DNA of 64,000 nt from contig CM106585.1 in NCBI GenBank assembly GCA_048013815.1, forward strand, positions 11,098,001 through 11,162,000. Direction: 5' to 3'. Made by a program: the position numbers and the translations under genes. Shown piece after piece: positions 37,177 through 50,742 of this stretch. Source of the stretch: Setoptus koraiensis. Lineage: Eukaryota > Animalia > Arthropoda. The notes beneath the pieces were generated by a model that ran no database searches, had not been told where the DNA came from, and saw only the letters and a list, made by a program, of their open reading frames with translations. How positions within the stretch are numbered: the first letter of the stretch is position 1; every line of letters starts with the position of its first letter.

Positions 37177-38406
37177 TCACTGGCGCTGAGCTGCTGCAAG
37201 CCTGTCCGCTAGGCCCGCTGATTGATAGTCCAGTGGGCAGCTGCCGCCTAAAAAGTCTGGCAAGTTTTGCTCGGCTATGTAATCCGTTATCTCCTTGCCT
37301 TGCACGAAGCGAATGCGTTTTCTGCACACACACACACACACACACCAACAAATTGTGTGCACGTGCCACCAATTATTATTACGTGCAACCATTATTGGGC
37401 GCATGTAGAGAAAAATAAAGAAAAAACAGTAAGTAAATGAGTGAGCAGCACACAAGAGACAATTCGCTTGCCAATTCGCTTACCTGTTGCTGTTGGTCAG
37501 CAGCGTCGACGATACCAGCTTCATGGGCCCCGACAGGAACCAGGACAAATTGTAGACCAGTATGTAACTGACCACTTTGGGACAGTACTGCTTGAACGAG
37601 CCCACCATCCAGGTCAATAGGTCCCAGTCCAGGTTGCACAGCGACGCGTCGCTCATGTCGAACACCACGGCTATTCCGCGGCCCTCGTTCAATCTGTCGC
37701 TCTGTTCCATTGAATACAATAGAAAGCGTTTCAAATCCATTTGTAAATCTAATTTTGCTATCAACTGCGGATTGTGCACTTTAATGCGAATTATCAATGT
37801 CTGATTGCCGAATTTGTCCCTCATGTAGGGAAATATGCCGGCCAGTGTGAAAAATTCCATCGGAAAATCCTCGTACGTCAGGTCGGGATGAACGTTGTGC
37901 TCGTGGCGAAACAGTCCGCATTGTTTTATCAGATCTATTGTTTGGCGGGCATCTTGTTTGCAGCGCAACAAAAATCTTGTCAGAAACCAATCGTCGCTCA
38001 ATAGACGCTTCATGTCAGCTTCCACAAAACATTCTCTATGCTGCTCGTACTCTCTCAACAGCAAACCTCTTGTTGTGTCAAGTAATTCCTGGCTGCAATT
38101 AGGCACTTCTCTCAAGTTTCTTCCGACACACTTACTATCGGTGGCTGCTGCTGTCTTATTTCTGTTGGCCGCTACTGTTGATTGCTGGCGAGAAAAACTA
38201 CTTTTGTTTGTATCCACATTGTTGTTAATGTCGTACTTCAAATTATTACTTGTGGTGACAATTGATTCGTTGTCGTCAGTGTGGCGCTGACGGAGGAGCT
38301 CTTCAATTTTCAATGGTTTCACCACTTGTTTTATCCGCGTAGTCTCATTTCTGAATTTCTGGTGATGCTGCTCACCGCTGTTGGCCAACAGCAAAGTTGT
38401 AGCCAT
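37177..38406 (-). CDS. CRAL-TRIO (Sec14-like) lipid-binding protein, MOSPD2 N-terminal type; complement(join(37177..37321,37484..38406))
   Basis: DDWFLTRFLLRCK, FPMEFFTLAGIF, DKFGNQTLIIRI, AVVFDMSDASLCNLD, YCPKVVSYILVYNL. A phase-2 intron leads to KRIRFVQGKEITDYIAEQNLPDFLGG. No MSP domain is seen. Confidence 0.88.
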
Positions 38407-39539
38407 CTTGCTGGCTATCGAGGATTTGGTCGTGATTATTCACAACTGGACAAATTTTGTTGAGGATACCACATACACACACGCACACTCATGTATGTCT
38501 CCACATGTCATGCTGAAAGTGATCTATGATGATCATTAGGATTCTTTCGTTTATTTTATACAGAAAATCAGTCATTGGCTTCGTCCTCATCGTGATAGAA
38601 CGATGTTAGGCACACACACACACGCACAACAATATACTACTCCCAAAAAGATCAAAAATATCACCTGCCGAGCAAATTGTAGAATAGTCAAAAATAGTCG
38701 CCATGGTGGAGTTCCAAAGACCTAACCAAACGAACAATGCCAACAAACAAAGTTATGCAATGTATGCGAGCGTGAAGGTTGTATTACAATAATACTAATG
38801 CTAATATTATGCAATAGATCCAAGTATAGCAAGTGTTAGTTGACAGCACGCAAACAATCAACTCGATTATGCTGATGTGATCATTGTTTTTTCTCCCCGC
38901 CTTCCTACTTTTTGACGCTCATTACACATAAACGGACAAAAGAAAGATTTTGTCGCAACTGAGTGATAATTGTTTTCACTAACAGTTGTGATAAGAAATT
39001 CAATGACTACAAAATTCTTAGATAAAAATGCTCATTGAAACATACATTTATGGGGAAGGCAAAAATAGTTTATAGTCAGTGGTGGTGGATTGTTTCGTAA
39101 TCAAGTTCCTTGACAACGCTCGTTAAGAACCTCAATTGTTTTGTAAACGATTCCTCAATGGCTACATTCGACAGTTTCTCAGCCCACAAACAAAAAAATT
39201 TAGATTTCCTCACTAAACTGCTGATGACGGCTGCCACAAGCAACCATCATCAGATCCTAAATGCAAAAAGCGACAAACAAAATGACGCAATAATGGGCAG
39301 CATAATTCAAGGGCAATGAACATCACTGCCACTTTTGAGAATTGTCAAGAGATTCAAATTTATTTTTGATCATCTTAAACTCACAGTACAATAATATTCA
39401 CTGTGTATTATAAAGCTTCTTACAATAATAGATAGAGTTTTTGTTTTTATTTTAGTTCTTAGGTTTATCTCCTCTTTTTTCGTCATCCAATTCTCCTCTA
39501 TGATTGTTGTTGGTCATCGGGCTACTAACATCACTCCTT

Positions 39540-41500
39540 GCCAGTGGTATGCAACAAGGTCTCTGTGTATAGAGAGGGTATTCCATCGATACACAAATAA
39601 TCACATGCATATTTTAGGATCGTTTTCAAATAATAATTCAACTTCTCGAACTTAGTCTATCGTCAACGATCTTTGTGGCCACAAAGCAGAATCACTAAAA
39701 TGGATACCCGGTGAATAACTTTTCTCCAATTATTTCGCAAAGATTTTCCTACTGGCCAATCTCAAATGATGTTTTCGATCCTTATTCCTCATGAAGGGGA
39801 CGATATCGCCGAACGGCGATGCCTGTGGTGATGATGGTACTATTAAGCATCGCTATCAACTTTGAACCACTCCTCAAGGTTAAGAGATTTTCCTTTCTTA
39901 ATCTTTCTATCGACAATCATATGAACTTTCACTTTCGTTTGTTCTTTACTTCCAACGATTTTTGGTTATAACATTCCACAATTCTCAATAAAAACAACTC
40001 AAGATACTTGAGTTGTTCTCTTAATGGTTCTGCCACTTGAAAGTGATTTCCAAGTTCCTCATCGTGGACATGACATATTCAAGCTTTCCTGGCGCGCGAT
40101 CTGATTCCAACATATCTTCTTCCAAGCTTTCTATCATCAAGAGGGAAGTCTAAAACTCTCGACCAATTCAGACAAAAAATTCATGCTGATTTAAGCTATG
40201 GGTTAATTTCATGTAAAGTAATATTTATAATACTATCTAGCTTTTATAAATTTTGTATATGTAAATTGATGTTTGTTGTAAATGTGAGTATTCCGAGCTG
40301 TAAATTGTAAATTGTTTGTCTTTATGTAAATAAAGAGAGGACTGCGACAAATGTCTTTGTTGATCTTTAGTTTTTGAAACGTTGTTGTGCTTAGAAAAAT
40401 TGAGTGTTCTCTGTCTGGTAATTCTATAATTATTACCATCGAAAAATAAGCTAGGCGTTTAAAGCTAAGTATAGTACCATCATCAGCGTTTATGTATGCG
40501 TTTGTTTGTGTAGGTCGACAGAATTTCCATTGGTAGAATGTAAGGAAATCACTAGCAATAAGATAAATCCTTCATTAGATTGTCTCAATTAGTTGATGTT
40601 AAGTAAATGATTCAAATCTTATGCTAATTTCTGTTATCTCTGGTATTTATGAATTAATCCTGTTAACAAATATTGGTTGAGAAAAACTCAACCAGTCGAA
40701 GTTCGATCTTTAAAATTCTTATTTCTGGAACCTAAGCCTAAGCTTTGCGTTTGGTCTGGTTTTACGAATTTTTCAGTCTGACACCCATGAAAAATCGTTA
40801 TGAGCCCTCCAGTCTTTGACGAAATCTAGTTATTTTTCATCCGATAATTACCTACTAAAGTGAAATTAGATAAAATCCTGTAAACAAGGAACTGTCAGCA
40901 TGAAGTATTTAAAAAGTGATTAAAGCGCTTCGATCCGTATGTTAGGTGTTAATTGATCTAATTTTTGAGGATTCTATCTGGGATTAATCACTCAAGCGTC
41001 CTATTTATTATAGTTGGTGGCAGTGTCATCAAGTAGAGACATCTTTAAGATTCTGAGTTGGTGCTTTGGTAACCGGCGGCTAAGAGATTTTGGGACAGAG
41101 ATTGAAAATAATAAACACGAAGTACTTTTGAAGTCTTAAGTATCGTAAAAATCGTTTGCAATATTTATGCTGATAATTATTTTCAATAAAAGAACATCCA
41201 AAATTCCTCTAGGAGTGACCCTGTCATTATGTTTGGTCCATTAGATTTCGCGATTTTTGTTGCCTCAATTGTTTGCCGTGCGGATGTTAATTCATCGGTG
41301 TCGTTAAATCGATTAATTAAACGAACAAGCTTCTTTCATTTCGTTTTCTTTTAGTTTTTTTTCTTTTCTGATTGAGAAGTTCAAATATTGATTGAGTCGC
41401 TAGCTGTTTATCATTGAAGGTGATGATTGTTATTTAAGCTGTTGAGTTCACTTGTTAAATCTAGTAATTTTTGTTTCATAATTGAGAATTTAGTTTGGAT
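39540..41500 (-). mobile_element. Heavily decayed non-LTR retrotransposon (L1/Tx1-like LINE ORF2) relic
   Basis: Frameshifted fragments occur in LINE ORF2 order on the minus strand: KSNGPNIMTGSLLEEFW (41198-41248; KSPGPDG..EF..FW type), QLKYLEL (~40000; KYLG), KGKSLNL/RSGSKLIAMLNS (~39880) and CDYLC..ETLLH (39549-39605; C-terminal Zn-knuckle-like). Many stops; boundaries approximate. Confidence 0.5.
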
Positions 41501-41781
41501 TTTTGATTTGATATCATTTATGATCAGGTGTATACATATGTATTTATAGATCTATAATAAACATAACAATGATAATATATTTCTATGTGACTTATTAGTT
41601 TTCGTGCTTCAATCAAAGCTCGTTGATCTCTTTAATAGCCCTGATGTTGCACGGTGACTTGTTAATGTTGTTTGTTTCTGGTGGCTTTTCTGATGTTTCT
41701 CTTCATAAATCGCTTCTTTCTCTACTATTCTTTGTGCTTTGCCAATGTTGTTGAGTTGGTTAGAAGTGTTATGCAGTCTTA

Positions 41782-43253
41782 TTAGATAAAAAACGACGAA
41801 GACAAAACAGTCAATTGTGGCAAAGCTGTTATAAGAATGGAGATAATAGTAAATGTTGTTGATAGTAGCTGATTGTCAATCAAGCTAGAAGCGCTTGAAT
41901 AGTTAGGTGTTATCAACTCGGCTGATGTAGTGGTCTCGTCGCTGCGTTTAACCGATGGCAATTTCATTTCACAAACGACAGGCAAAAGTACCTGACAGCC
42001 AACCTAAAGAGATCAATATAAGGGAATGACCAATAGAATCAATACAAAAGTGATTAGCTAAGTATAATGTTTCTTTGGACAATTATCAGCAAGCGAAATG
42101 CGAGGCTAGTCAAGTAGTGATTGTCTTACCTGAGTGCCCCATTTAGCGTCCGCCCAGAAGGAGACACACTCAGTTTGGCCCTCAACCGGATCTGACTTTT
42201 TCATGTACCAGCTGTCCTCGGTCTGTGGATTAGGATTGGATGATAGAAATGAAATAAAAAATAATTGTTAGTGTTTTAATTCATGGACATGGACATGGAC
42301 GCGGACGATGATAGATGTCATAGGTGTTATGGGCATCATTGCGTCACTATGACTCTTACCTTGATGCACACCAAGCTAGACTTGTCGCTGGGTTGACCAT
42401 TGTCCCATTTTGTATAGTTGACAGGGCTGTTGGAGCATTTGAGATTGTGTGCGAAAAGAAACAAAAAAAAATAGCCAAGTTATATGATAAGCATAATGGA
42501 TGATTGGAGATAGGGAGTAGATGTTAGATTTGGCAAATGTCACTCGTGAGCGTTATTGCGTTGAAAATGTTGACAAGCGTGTGACCGAATAGATAGAGTA
42601 AGAGTATGAGAGCTGATTCAAGACTATGAATGTATGATGATGATGATGATGTTCACTCACCTCTTGTCCAGCCAGCGTGTCCTGTTATATTGGTGATTGT
42701 GACGCGAATATAACCAGATTGGACTAGAGTCTAATTCGATATTGTTTCTCAAGAATTCATTCTCCTCTTCCGAATGTATAGTTGGTAATGTTGAATTAAA
42801 GTACATCTTTCTGCATAGTTCAATGGCATGAACAAAGTTTCTTCGTGAATTTGAGGCAACCCAACATTTGTTATTGAACCAGAGCCACCCATTGGGACAT
42901 CTATTTGGACCCTGGCCGTTGTTAGAGCGTGAATTTGAGTTGTCGACGAGACTTGAGCACTCTACCTGGTTGGTGCCTAGGCGGCCATTTGGTATTATAG
43001 AAGCAATTATAAATAATAATTGAACTATTACAAAGGCGTTGAATAAAAACGATGTCGACGAGTAGCTAGTTGAGAATGACTTGTTGTTGATTGGTCTGTT
43101 GAGTTGTTGTGTGTGTGTGTGTTGTTGTTGCTGATGCTGATGTGACCTGGTCTTGGCGATGGGTGATATGTGGCGGTGACAATTTTTGTTTTTGTGTGCG
43201 ATTTGATTTGTAGTGGGTGCCAGTAGCTGGTGAAGGGTTCTCTGTGTGGCCAT
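41782..43253 (-). CDS. C-type lectin domain protein with a C-terminal GPI/TM signal; complement(join(41782..41991,42130..42222,42360..42426,42661..43253))
   Basis: CPNGWLWFNNKCW, ELC, LPTIHSEEENEF, IWL, RWLDKSPVNYTKWDNGQP, VVCE. All introns are GT-AG with consistent phases (2, 0, 0). Hydrophobic C-terminus. Confidence 0.88.
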
Positions 43254-46200
43254 AATGACTGCTGCTGATTATTACTATTGGCGTATCAGTGTATTATTAC
43301 TATCAATGTATTAATATGTTTATGTGTGTTCACTCTTGTTCTCCTTTCTGGGTGCTATTAACTCGGTATAGGTAACTCGGTATTGTTAGTACTCAGTATT
43401 TCTCACAATTATCTCCACTGGTCGTTAGAATGTTGTTGCAAATTGCATACATAATTCGTTTCTTTGTTTGTTTTTTCTCTGTATAGTGTCTCTGTATAGT
43501 GTCTCTGTATAATGTCTCTGTATAATGTCTGCGTGTCTGTGTATAATGTGGCGCGATATTAACTATTGTTAGCGAATTGTGTGTCGGCTGTTGTGGCAAG
43601 CGCACTGGGTGTGCTGCTCGTCGCTGGGATGTTCGATTTCGAATAATCTACCGAAATAGAATTTGCACTGAATTCTCTCGCTCAGAATGGAATTGTATCC
43701 AGTCGAAGTTCTATCCGATGCGTTATGTGTGTATGTTGCTTGTATATGACGAGTACGTTGCTTATGTGTGATGCGTACAGTATCCGATGTGGTAACAGTT
43801 GGATAATTTATTTAGCTGGTTAGCGGGCTCTGATTGGTGGCTCGTTGGCGCACTCCATTACACAAACAGAGCTAGTGCGTGCTGGTGCTGCTGGCGAAAC
43901 GCGTCTTTAGTTCGATTGCTGCTGACTGTAGCGTTTCAAGGTAGATGGTGGCTGTTATCTGGCGAACTGTTGTGAATTGTGTGCTCGGCGGCGACTGTGA
44001 TGCTGTGCTGTGCTGTGTGTGTCTTGGATGATCGCAAGACGCCTGGCAAAGTGGCGCAAGTAGCCGAGTGCAGCTATAACGCACGCTATCTAGGCACGCC
44101 AGAGTCGCTGGTGCAACCGTATACTCGTATTATGCTAGCTAGTATTATCGCCAGTGTGCAGTATGCGTAAGCCAGTGTGTGCAGTATAGTTCTATTCTCT
44201 GGCCGCTTCCTCTGTCGCTGCCCCTGTCGCTCTCTCTCTCTCTCTCTCGCTCTCCCCTCGTACGCTCTCTGTATGTCGCTCCCCTCGTACGCTCTCTGTA
44301 TGTCGCTCCCCCCGCACGCTGTGCCACCGACGGGCAGCATTAGCAATGCTGCTTCAGTAATGCAGTGCAGTGTGTCTGTGTGTCACACGAAATAGTTCGC
44401 CGATAGATTTGTTTTCTCGCTTGTTTCGTTCGCCCTGCGCCCCTCGCCCGTCCCCCGCTCGTTTGTGTCCCCGCTGCTCAACTTTTGTTCGCCACCGGCC
44501 GCCGCTACAGTTCGCTGCACGATAGCTGGCGCCGCGGCGGCCTGCACCGCACACCGCAGGCCTGTACCGCACACCGCAGGCCAGCAGCACCACACAGCAG
44601 CGCAATCCAGCGGCACCATCCAGCAGTACAGTCCGGTGCAGAACAATGCAGCACATGCAACTTGCATGATGCAAGCGCCGGGGGACACAGGAGCGCGTAG
44701 GAAGCGCAATAGTCACTGTTGGATGGTGCGCAACATTCGCTCGCACTGCGCACACATCGCGAGGGGCATTTTTATCAATTGCTGCCTGTATGCACACCGC
44801 TGGAATAGGACAATTGTTTCAGCACTGTCAATGCCAGTGACTCAATGGTGTGCTGCTGCAACGAATGCACCATTAGAGTGGCGCCATTTCGCCAGCGCGA
44901 AGCGTGTGTGCGCTGCGCAGGCGCTCGCTATCGAACTGACGCGCGCGCGGGGGGGGGGGCGACACAATCTCGGAGCGCGGATGCATGCACTGCCAACAGT
45001 GTCAGCCCGACGGGGACAAGGACGGACGGTCGCCAATGCGTGCTGCCACAGCGAGAGGGGCCCCCGTCTGGGGGCGGCAGCGAGCACACACGGGGGAACG
45101 CTCAGCAGAGGCACCATGCGACGCATGAAGTGTCCTTGCGATGCAAGCCACTCGACGCCGCGAGCGCTGCAGTAGCTGCACTGTCGTCGCTGGCACAGGA
45201 TTCACGCATAATACATCGGCAGCGCCATTGTGTGTTACGCCAAAACTGTGATTATCGCTGCTCCACATACCGGCTGTTGCAGCAGCGGCAGCTGTGGCTG
45301 TGCGCCCGTTTTGCGGCCCGTCGCTGTAAACGACGCGCCAACCATAAGTCACACAGCGAAAACAAGTGATTGTCGGCACCGCCGGGCCGCACGGCACCGC
45401 ATGTGGTTTGCGCGGCCGGCCCGGCGCCCACACTAAGAGCGCAAACAAACAAACACACTCACTGGTAGCACAGCAAACAGGCTGACAAGTTGCCCCAGAG
45501 GCTGCCGGGCGCACAGGCCGCATGATGAATTGAGGAAGCGCGCGCGCGACGGGCTATTATTAACTCGCAACCACCTATCAGGTTGTCCGCTATGTGGGCC
45601 GCGCCCGCCCGCCCGCTCGCTCCGCCGCGCATTGGACGAGAATCGGCCGAGTGAGCGGCGCCCAGACAGAGCGGGTAGCCGGTGCCGCCATCACGGTGGC
45701 GAGCTGAAAATTGCGAGCTGCCACTCGTGTTCGCTCAATCAGCGCGCCATTGTTTCACGTCTGGCCGCGCTGCCCTCTTGGCACACATTGCACATTGTAG
45801 GGCTGTCGCCTGTCGGGCCGTCGCGCTGTCGGGCCGTCGCGCTGTCGGGCCGGCGGTTACGCTCGCGAACGATTTGTACGCGAGCACGATCGTGATATAT
45901 GCGTCGCGCACTCATTGCGCTTCCTGCGGGCGCCCAGAAATGGGAAATGGCCCGAGCGTCGGGCAGCCCATATGTGCACGCTTGCATAATGGCGAGACAC
46001 GTAATGGGCCAGCCATATACATAATGGGCCCGGCGACACGGGCCGATTTGTGACGATGACTCGTCGGTGTGCCACTCGGTGATCACTGCCACAGCGACTG
46101 GCCCCGCGAACGAGAACGCGCCTCTTGCACCAACGCCGTCAGTGGCCGTCTGGTCAGCAGACTCTGGCAGTGTCCAGTTTGGCGTGTCGCGTTGGAGGCA

Positions 46201-46628
46201 CAGTTGCCTAGTTAGCCGAGATGAATCATTGGGTCAGACTGTGACTCTGTCAGAGTGAGGCTCGCCGAGGCGTGCACCGTGCAGCGCAATCGTATCGTGC
46301 GCCACATTCTCTGTGCTGTGTGAGTGTGTGTGTGTGCAATATCGTGGCTCGGTCGCATTTTTGTGCGACAATGCAACTAATGGATAAACAAATAAGATAA
46401 ATTAGACTTGTTAAACTCTATGATTTGCGGCCCTCGAATTGGGCCAGCGACGAGCCGTCCCGCCCGAGACGCGTCCGAGGCTCGCCCGAGACTCGCCGCC
46501 GCACAGCGCATCGACAAATGGCGCCCCTGTGTGGACGCGCTGACACTGAGCCGCCACCATGCTGCCGCGCCGACACCGAGAAAGTCTGTCAATGGCGAGG
46601 GAGCGACCCCCGTCGAATGCCCGTTCGC

Positions 46629-46790
46629 ACGACAAGACTCTCGTCACACGACAAGACTCTCGGCACACGACAAGACTCTCGGCACAAGAGACCGCAAATA
46701 ACGCTGTTGTGGCCGCTGGCCGCGCAAAAGTCCTGCTCCCAACGAAGAAAAGTCCTGCTCCCAACGAAGGCCCAGCCTTCGTTGGGAGCA
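46629..46790. repeat. 19-bp tandem x3, then a 22-bp direct duplication followed by an inverted copy forming a perfect 15-bp hairpin
   Basis: ACGACAAGACTCTCGGCAC-type units. AAAAGTCCTGCTCCCAACGAAG occurs at 46726 and 46748. The stem is TGCTCCCAACGAAGG/CCTTCGTTGGGAGCA with a 5-nt loop. Confidence 0.9.
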
Positions 46791-47384
46791 AAACTGTTGC
46801 CGAGGCGGATAACGGTGACCGCACAATGGACGCTTAGTGGTCGTTGCGTGTGTCACGGATCGGTTGCGAGGCACACAGTTAGAGTTGCAGTAATTGCCCG
46901 TACACACTCACAAGAGTAGTTGTCAGTGCGGGCAGCAAGGCGTGAGTTGGCACGAGCGGCCCGGTCTTGCCAGACATCGCGGTGCGAAGCTATTTGTGCC
47001 GCGTTCGACAGTGGGCCAATGACGCGCTCGATCGCTATGATGGATGCGCAATGACAGCGGTTGACGCTGTTCAAGGTCACGAATCACGACGGGCATGTCG
47101 CCGACGATGATGATTAAAATATGATGTTTATCGCTAGACGCAGCTAGTAATGATCGTTTTGATTATCGCCGTCTCGCACAGTTCATTATATTCGTATATT
47201 TGCATGTCGTATTTGTGTTGTCGTTGTCGTTCGCAACTGCGACAGCCAGCCGCAGCCAACTGATGTAACTTTATTCTCAAGTCGAGCATGTTTATTGTAT
47301 GAATTAAACAGCTTCGAGGCTGCTACACAATAATAGTATTGTATTCAATTGCCGCATGCCGAACCGAAAACTAACAAGCAGAGC

Positions 47385-47560
47385 GATGCCGTTGTCGTTG
47401 TCGCTGCCGCTGTTGTCGTTTTCGCTGCCTCTGTTGTCGTTGTTGTTGCCTCTGTTGTCGTTGTTGTTGCTGGCGCTGTTGTCGTTGCTGTTGTCGTTGT
47501 CGTTGCTGTTGGTGCTGTGGTTGTCGTTGCTGTTGGCGCTGTGGTTGTCGTCATAGTCAT
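47385..47560. repeat. Degenerate GTT/GTC/GCT triplet array
   Basis: Imperfect trinucleotide array. It reads poly-Thr/Ala on the minus strand, but no gene context was established. Confidence 0.85.
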
Positions 47561-50500
47561 CACACTGGCAGCAGACGCCGCTAACAGTGTGTGCCATTGA
47601 ATGGCACTTGGCCCACACAACAAACATTGTTTGTCGCACCAAGCCGAAGCGGCTCTTTCCTCCTCTTTGTGTCGCTCAATGGCACTCTCTTTGTCTGGCA
47701 ACGTTCGCAATTTCACCGCCAGCGATGAGAGGCCAGCCAAGCGGCTAGACCGAACGCACTGCATCATCGCGAGCCAAGTTGCTCAGCTAAATATTGTTAA
47801 TTAAGTGGGCCTTGATTTAATGCTCGACAACCGCGCCGTCGCTGTGGTTGTTGTGTCGCTGTTGTTGTCGTGTCGCTGTCTCTGTTGTTGTTGTGTCGCT
47901 GTTGTTGTTGTCGTTGACGTTCGCAATTGCGTCGTTCGCCAGCGCGTCGCATTTATCTCTTTTTGCGCCAGTTGCGAGACGAGGCGCATTTGTTCGTCGC
48001 ATCATCATTATAATGTTACGCGTGTTTAACTACGTTTAAATGGGCCGCTCGCCGCTGACAAACACTCATGTCGGCATGCTAATAATGGCGCTTAATATTG
48101 ATATAATTAAACATTGCCAATAAAACAAGTCGCGCAACCAAACAAACAACTATCGCGTCCGTCACACTGGCAATTCAGCGCCAATTCTTTCATGGTCACA
48201 CACACTCTCACAATTCGAGCCGAGCCGAATTGGCCGTGATCGGTGCGGTTGCGTCAGAGCTCTCGGCAACCAAAGCAGCAGACAACAAAAGACACGATCG
48301 TATTATGCTGATCCGGCACCGGCCGGGGAGTAGCCCGGCCACCGGGGCGCACACACTCGAATCGCAGCCAATCTGCCCGATCTAACAACTTGAGCACGTT
48401 GTGTGCGGAAACAATTGAACGGCGAGCGTGAATGTTTTGAATTAAACGACTTCCAGTTCGTGTTGGCGTTGCAGTTGGCGACGAGCAGTTCCGAACACTG
48501 GCGCATTCGAATTCGAACGCCAGCCCGAATTGTGATGCGCCGGCGAATGGAGCAGGCGAATTTTGCCGGGCAAAGAACAACTCGAATTCCGTGCAATTTC
48601 CACCGTGGGCAGCGGTATTGCGCTGTGCCTATTTCGTATGCGCCACGTTCACGTGCGCACACATTAAGTCAGTGATTTATTAACTCACGGCCCGGCCGGT
48701 CGAGACCAGCGTCTGGGGCGCCCCAAAAGCCGAATGGTGGCGCCAGCGCGGCGAGCCGACATTCGGCCGTTGAGGCGACACTCGGCCGTTGAGGCGACAT
48801 TCAGCCACTGGGGCGACAGTGAGTGACACTCACTAAATGACGATCGCATGAACTGTCCGCAAACGATGAGGCCCACGATGACGCAATGTGTCGGCACACT
48901 GGACGCCGCATTCGGCCGCAATTGTTTACCTGACGGCGATGGCGCGGCTCGTCAGGTAAACAACGCCGGCCGCCACACAAGCGGACAGATGTTTTTCTGG
49001 GGCGAAACACGGTGGGCGACGGCGCGCCGGTTGTTACGTAACGGCACGGCGTGATGCGGCCACAAAAATCATGATCGCTGCGATGTTGACGTCGCACCGA
49101 CCGGTCGCCGGCCATCGACCAGCGGTGCGTCCACATCGGGCCGGGACATGAGACCGACATTAGGCGCGCATTAGGCCGACACGGGCCGCCATTCGGTGCC
49201 AGCCGGGCGTTTATGGGCCGGCGCGGAGCAAGACGAAACAAAAGAAGTCACTTACTCGGGGGCCACCAACTCACGTCGGGAATGTCGCGTTTGTTCGGCC
49301 GAAATCGCCAGAACAAACACGACACAACTGGCCGGCGCTGGGCCGGGGGCCTCACGAGCAAGCGCATTTTTGCGTGCTTGCATCGCAAGCCTTGCAAGCG
49401 GCCGAGAGCCGCGATCCATTGCGGCCCCCGACGCGGCCACTCGTCACCGTTTGCCGGGCCTGGCGCCGTTTGTCGGGCCTCGCGCCGCTGGCGTTTGACG
49501 TCCACAGACTCGAGTGGCGACCGTCGTGCTAGCGGTGCGCGAGTTAGGCGTCGCCGGAAATATAAATATCACTTACACTGGTAACAGGAATGGGGCTCAG
49601 GGCTGGCAAAAATAAACGCGCCTAATGCGTGTACGCGTTGGCATTTTGTTGGCGTTTTGTGTTTGCTGTTAAAATTGGGCCCGATTGGGGGGGGGGCAGC
49701 GCGAAACGTTGCGCAAAGGTAACCCGGTTACCTGGCTGTTCCATTTCGACTGTCGACAGCAAAGCGAGTCGCTCACTAATGAACGGCTCACGTACTGGCT
49801 CCATTGATCCCTATCCAACTAGAGATAGAGATCAATGGAGGCCCCACCAACGCATAATGACCGTGGCCGGCCCGGCCCGGCGCCCTTGCTATCGCGCCGC
49901 TCTCATAACACGATATGCGCATTATATTATATCTTATCCGCGCTCGCATCTATCCGTCCATCAACTGGCTGCAGGTTGATTTATTGGCGCGTCGCATTTG
50001 TTTTCGTTCTCACGAGCGACGCAGCCCGATTTGTGATCCGTGGCTCGTGGGCTGACCATTGGCCAGCGTTGCTTGGCGTTGCGCAGCCAGACAAAACCAA
50101 TTAGAGTTAATGCCGGCGTGTCCGTCAACTAGATCAACTTAGACAGTGCAGTGCGCGATATGGCGCAACCAGAGCAACTGACCTTGGCAGCGCCGCGCAC
50201 TTTGCAGTCTGCCGGACACTGCAAAGCGCCGCTCGACAGGGCAATCGATGCTTTTGCTCGTGCAACCGGCACCGTGCTGCAGCACATTGGCCACTTATGA
50301 TTGGGGCTCCCGGGCGCGTGGTAAGTGCGCAATTTTGGCCGCGTCCAGTCACCGTTGCCCAGATAACCCGGCCCTCACCATTCATATCCGTCTGTGTGTG
50401 TGTGTCTAAATGTGAGCTCTCATGCGGGCCCCTCTCGCGCCGGCCGAACATATGTTGACGCGTGAAGCACGATCGTGCGTTCGTGTGGCGGCTCGATCGC

Positions 50501-50650
50501 CGCGGATCGCCGCAGATCGCCACATATCGCCGCGTGTCGGGCGCCGACGGCCAGTGTTTGCCCACGGATAACCTTGAGGCCGCTGGCTAGCTCGTGTTTG
50601 TGCACTGTCTCAGCCGCGCTGTCGGCCAGTGCGAGGCAATATGTGGCCAT

Positions 50651-50742
50651 CTATGCCGATCTATGCCGATCTATGCCGATATGCGGCCAGAGTGGCCAGA
50701 GTGGCCAGAGTGGCCAGAGTGGCCAGAGTGGCCAGAGTGGCC
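50651..50742. repeat. CTATGCCGAT x3 followed by GGCCAGAGT x6
   Basis: Read directly from the sequence. Confidence 0.95.

Noticed and set aside
39110-39319. 69-aa plus-strand ORF as a gene
   Set aside because: It is short, starts with TTG and has no motif. It could be a pseudogene fragment, but this is unsupported.
47345-47767. Minus-strand Thr-rich ORF as a mucin gene or exon
   Set aside because: It derives from a triplet microsatellite that is open in several frames. No signal peptide or supported splice partners were found.
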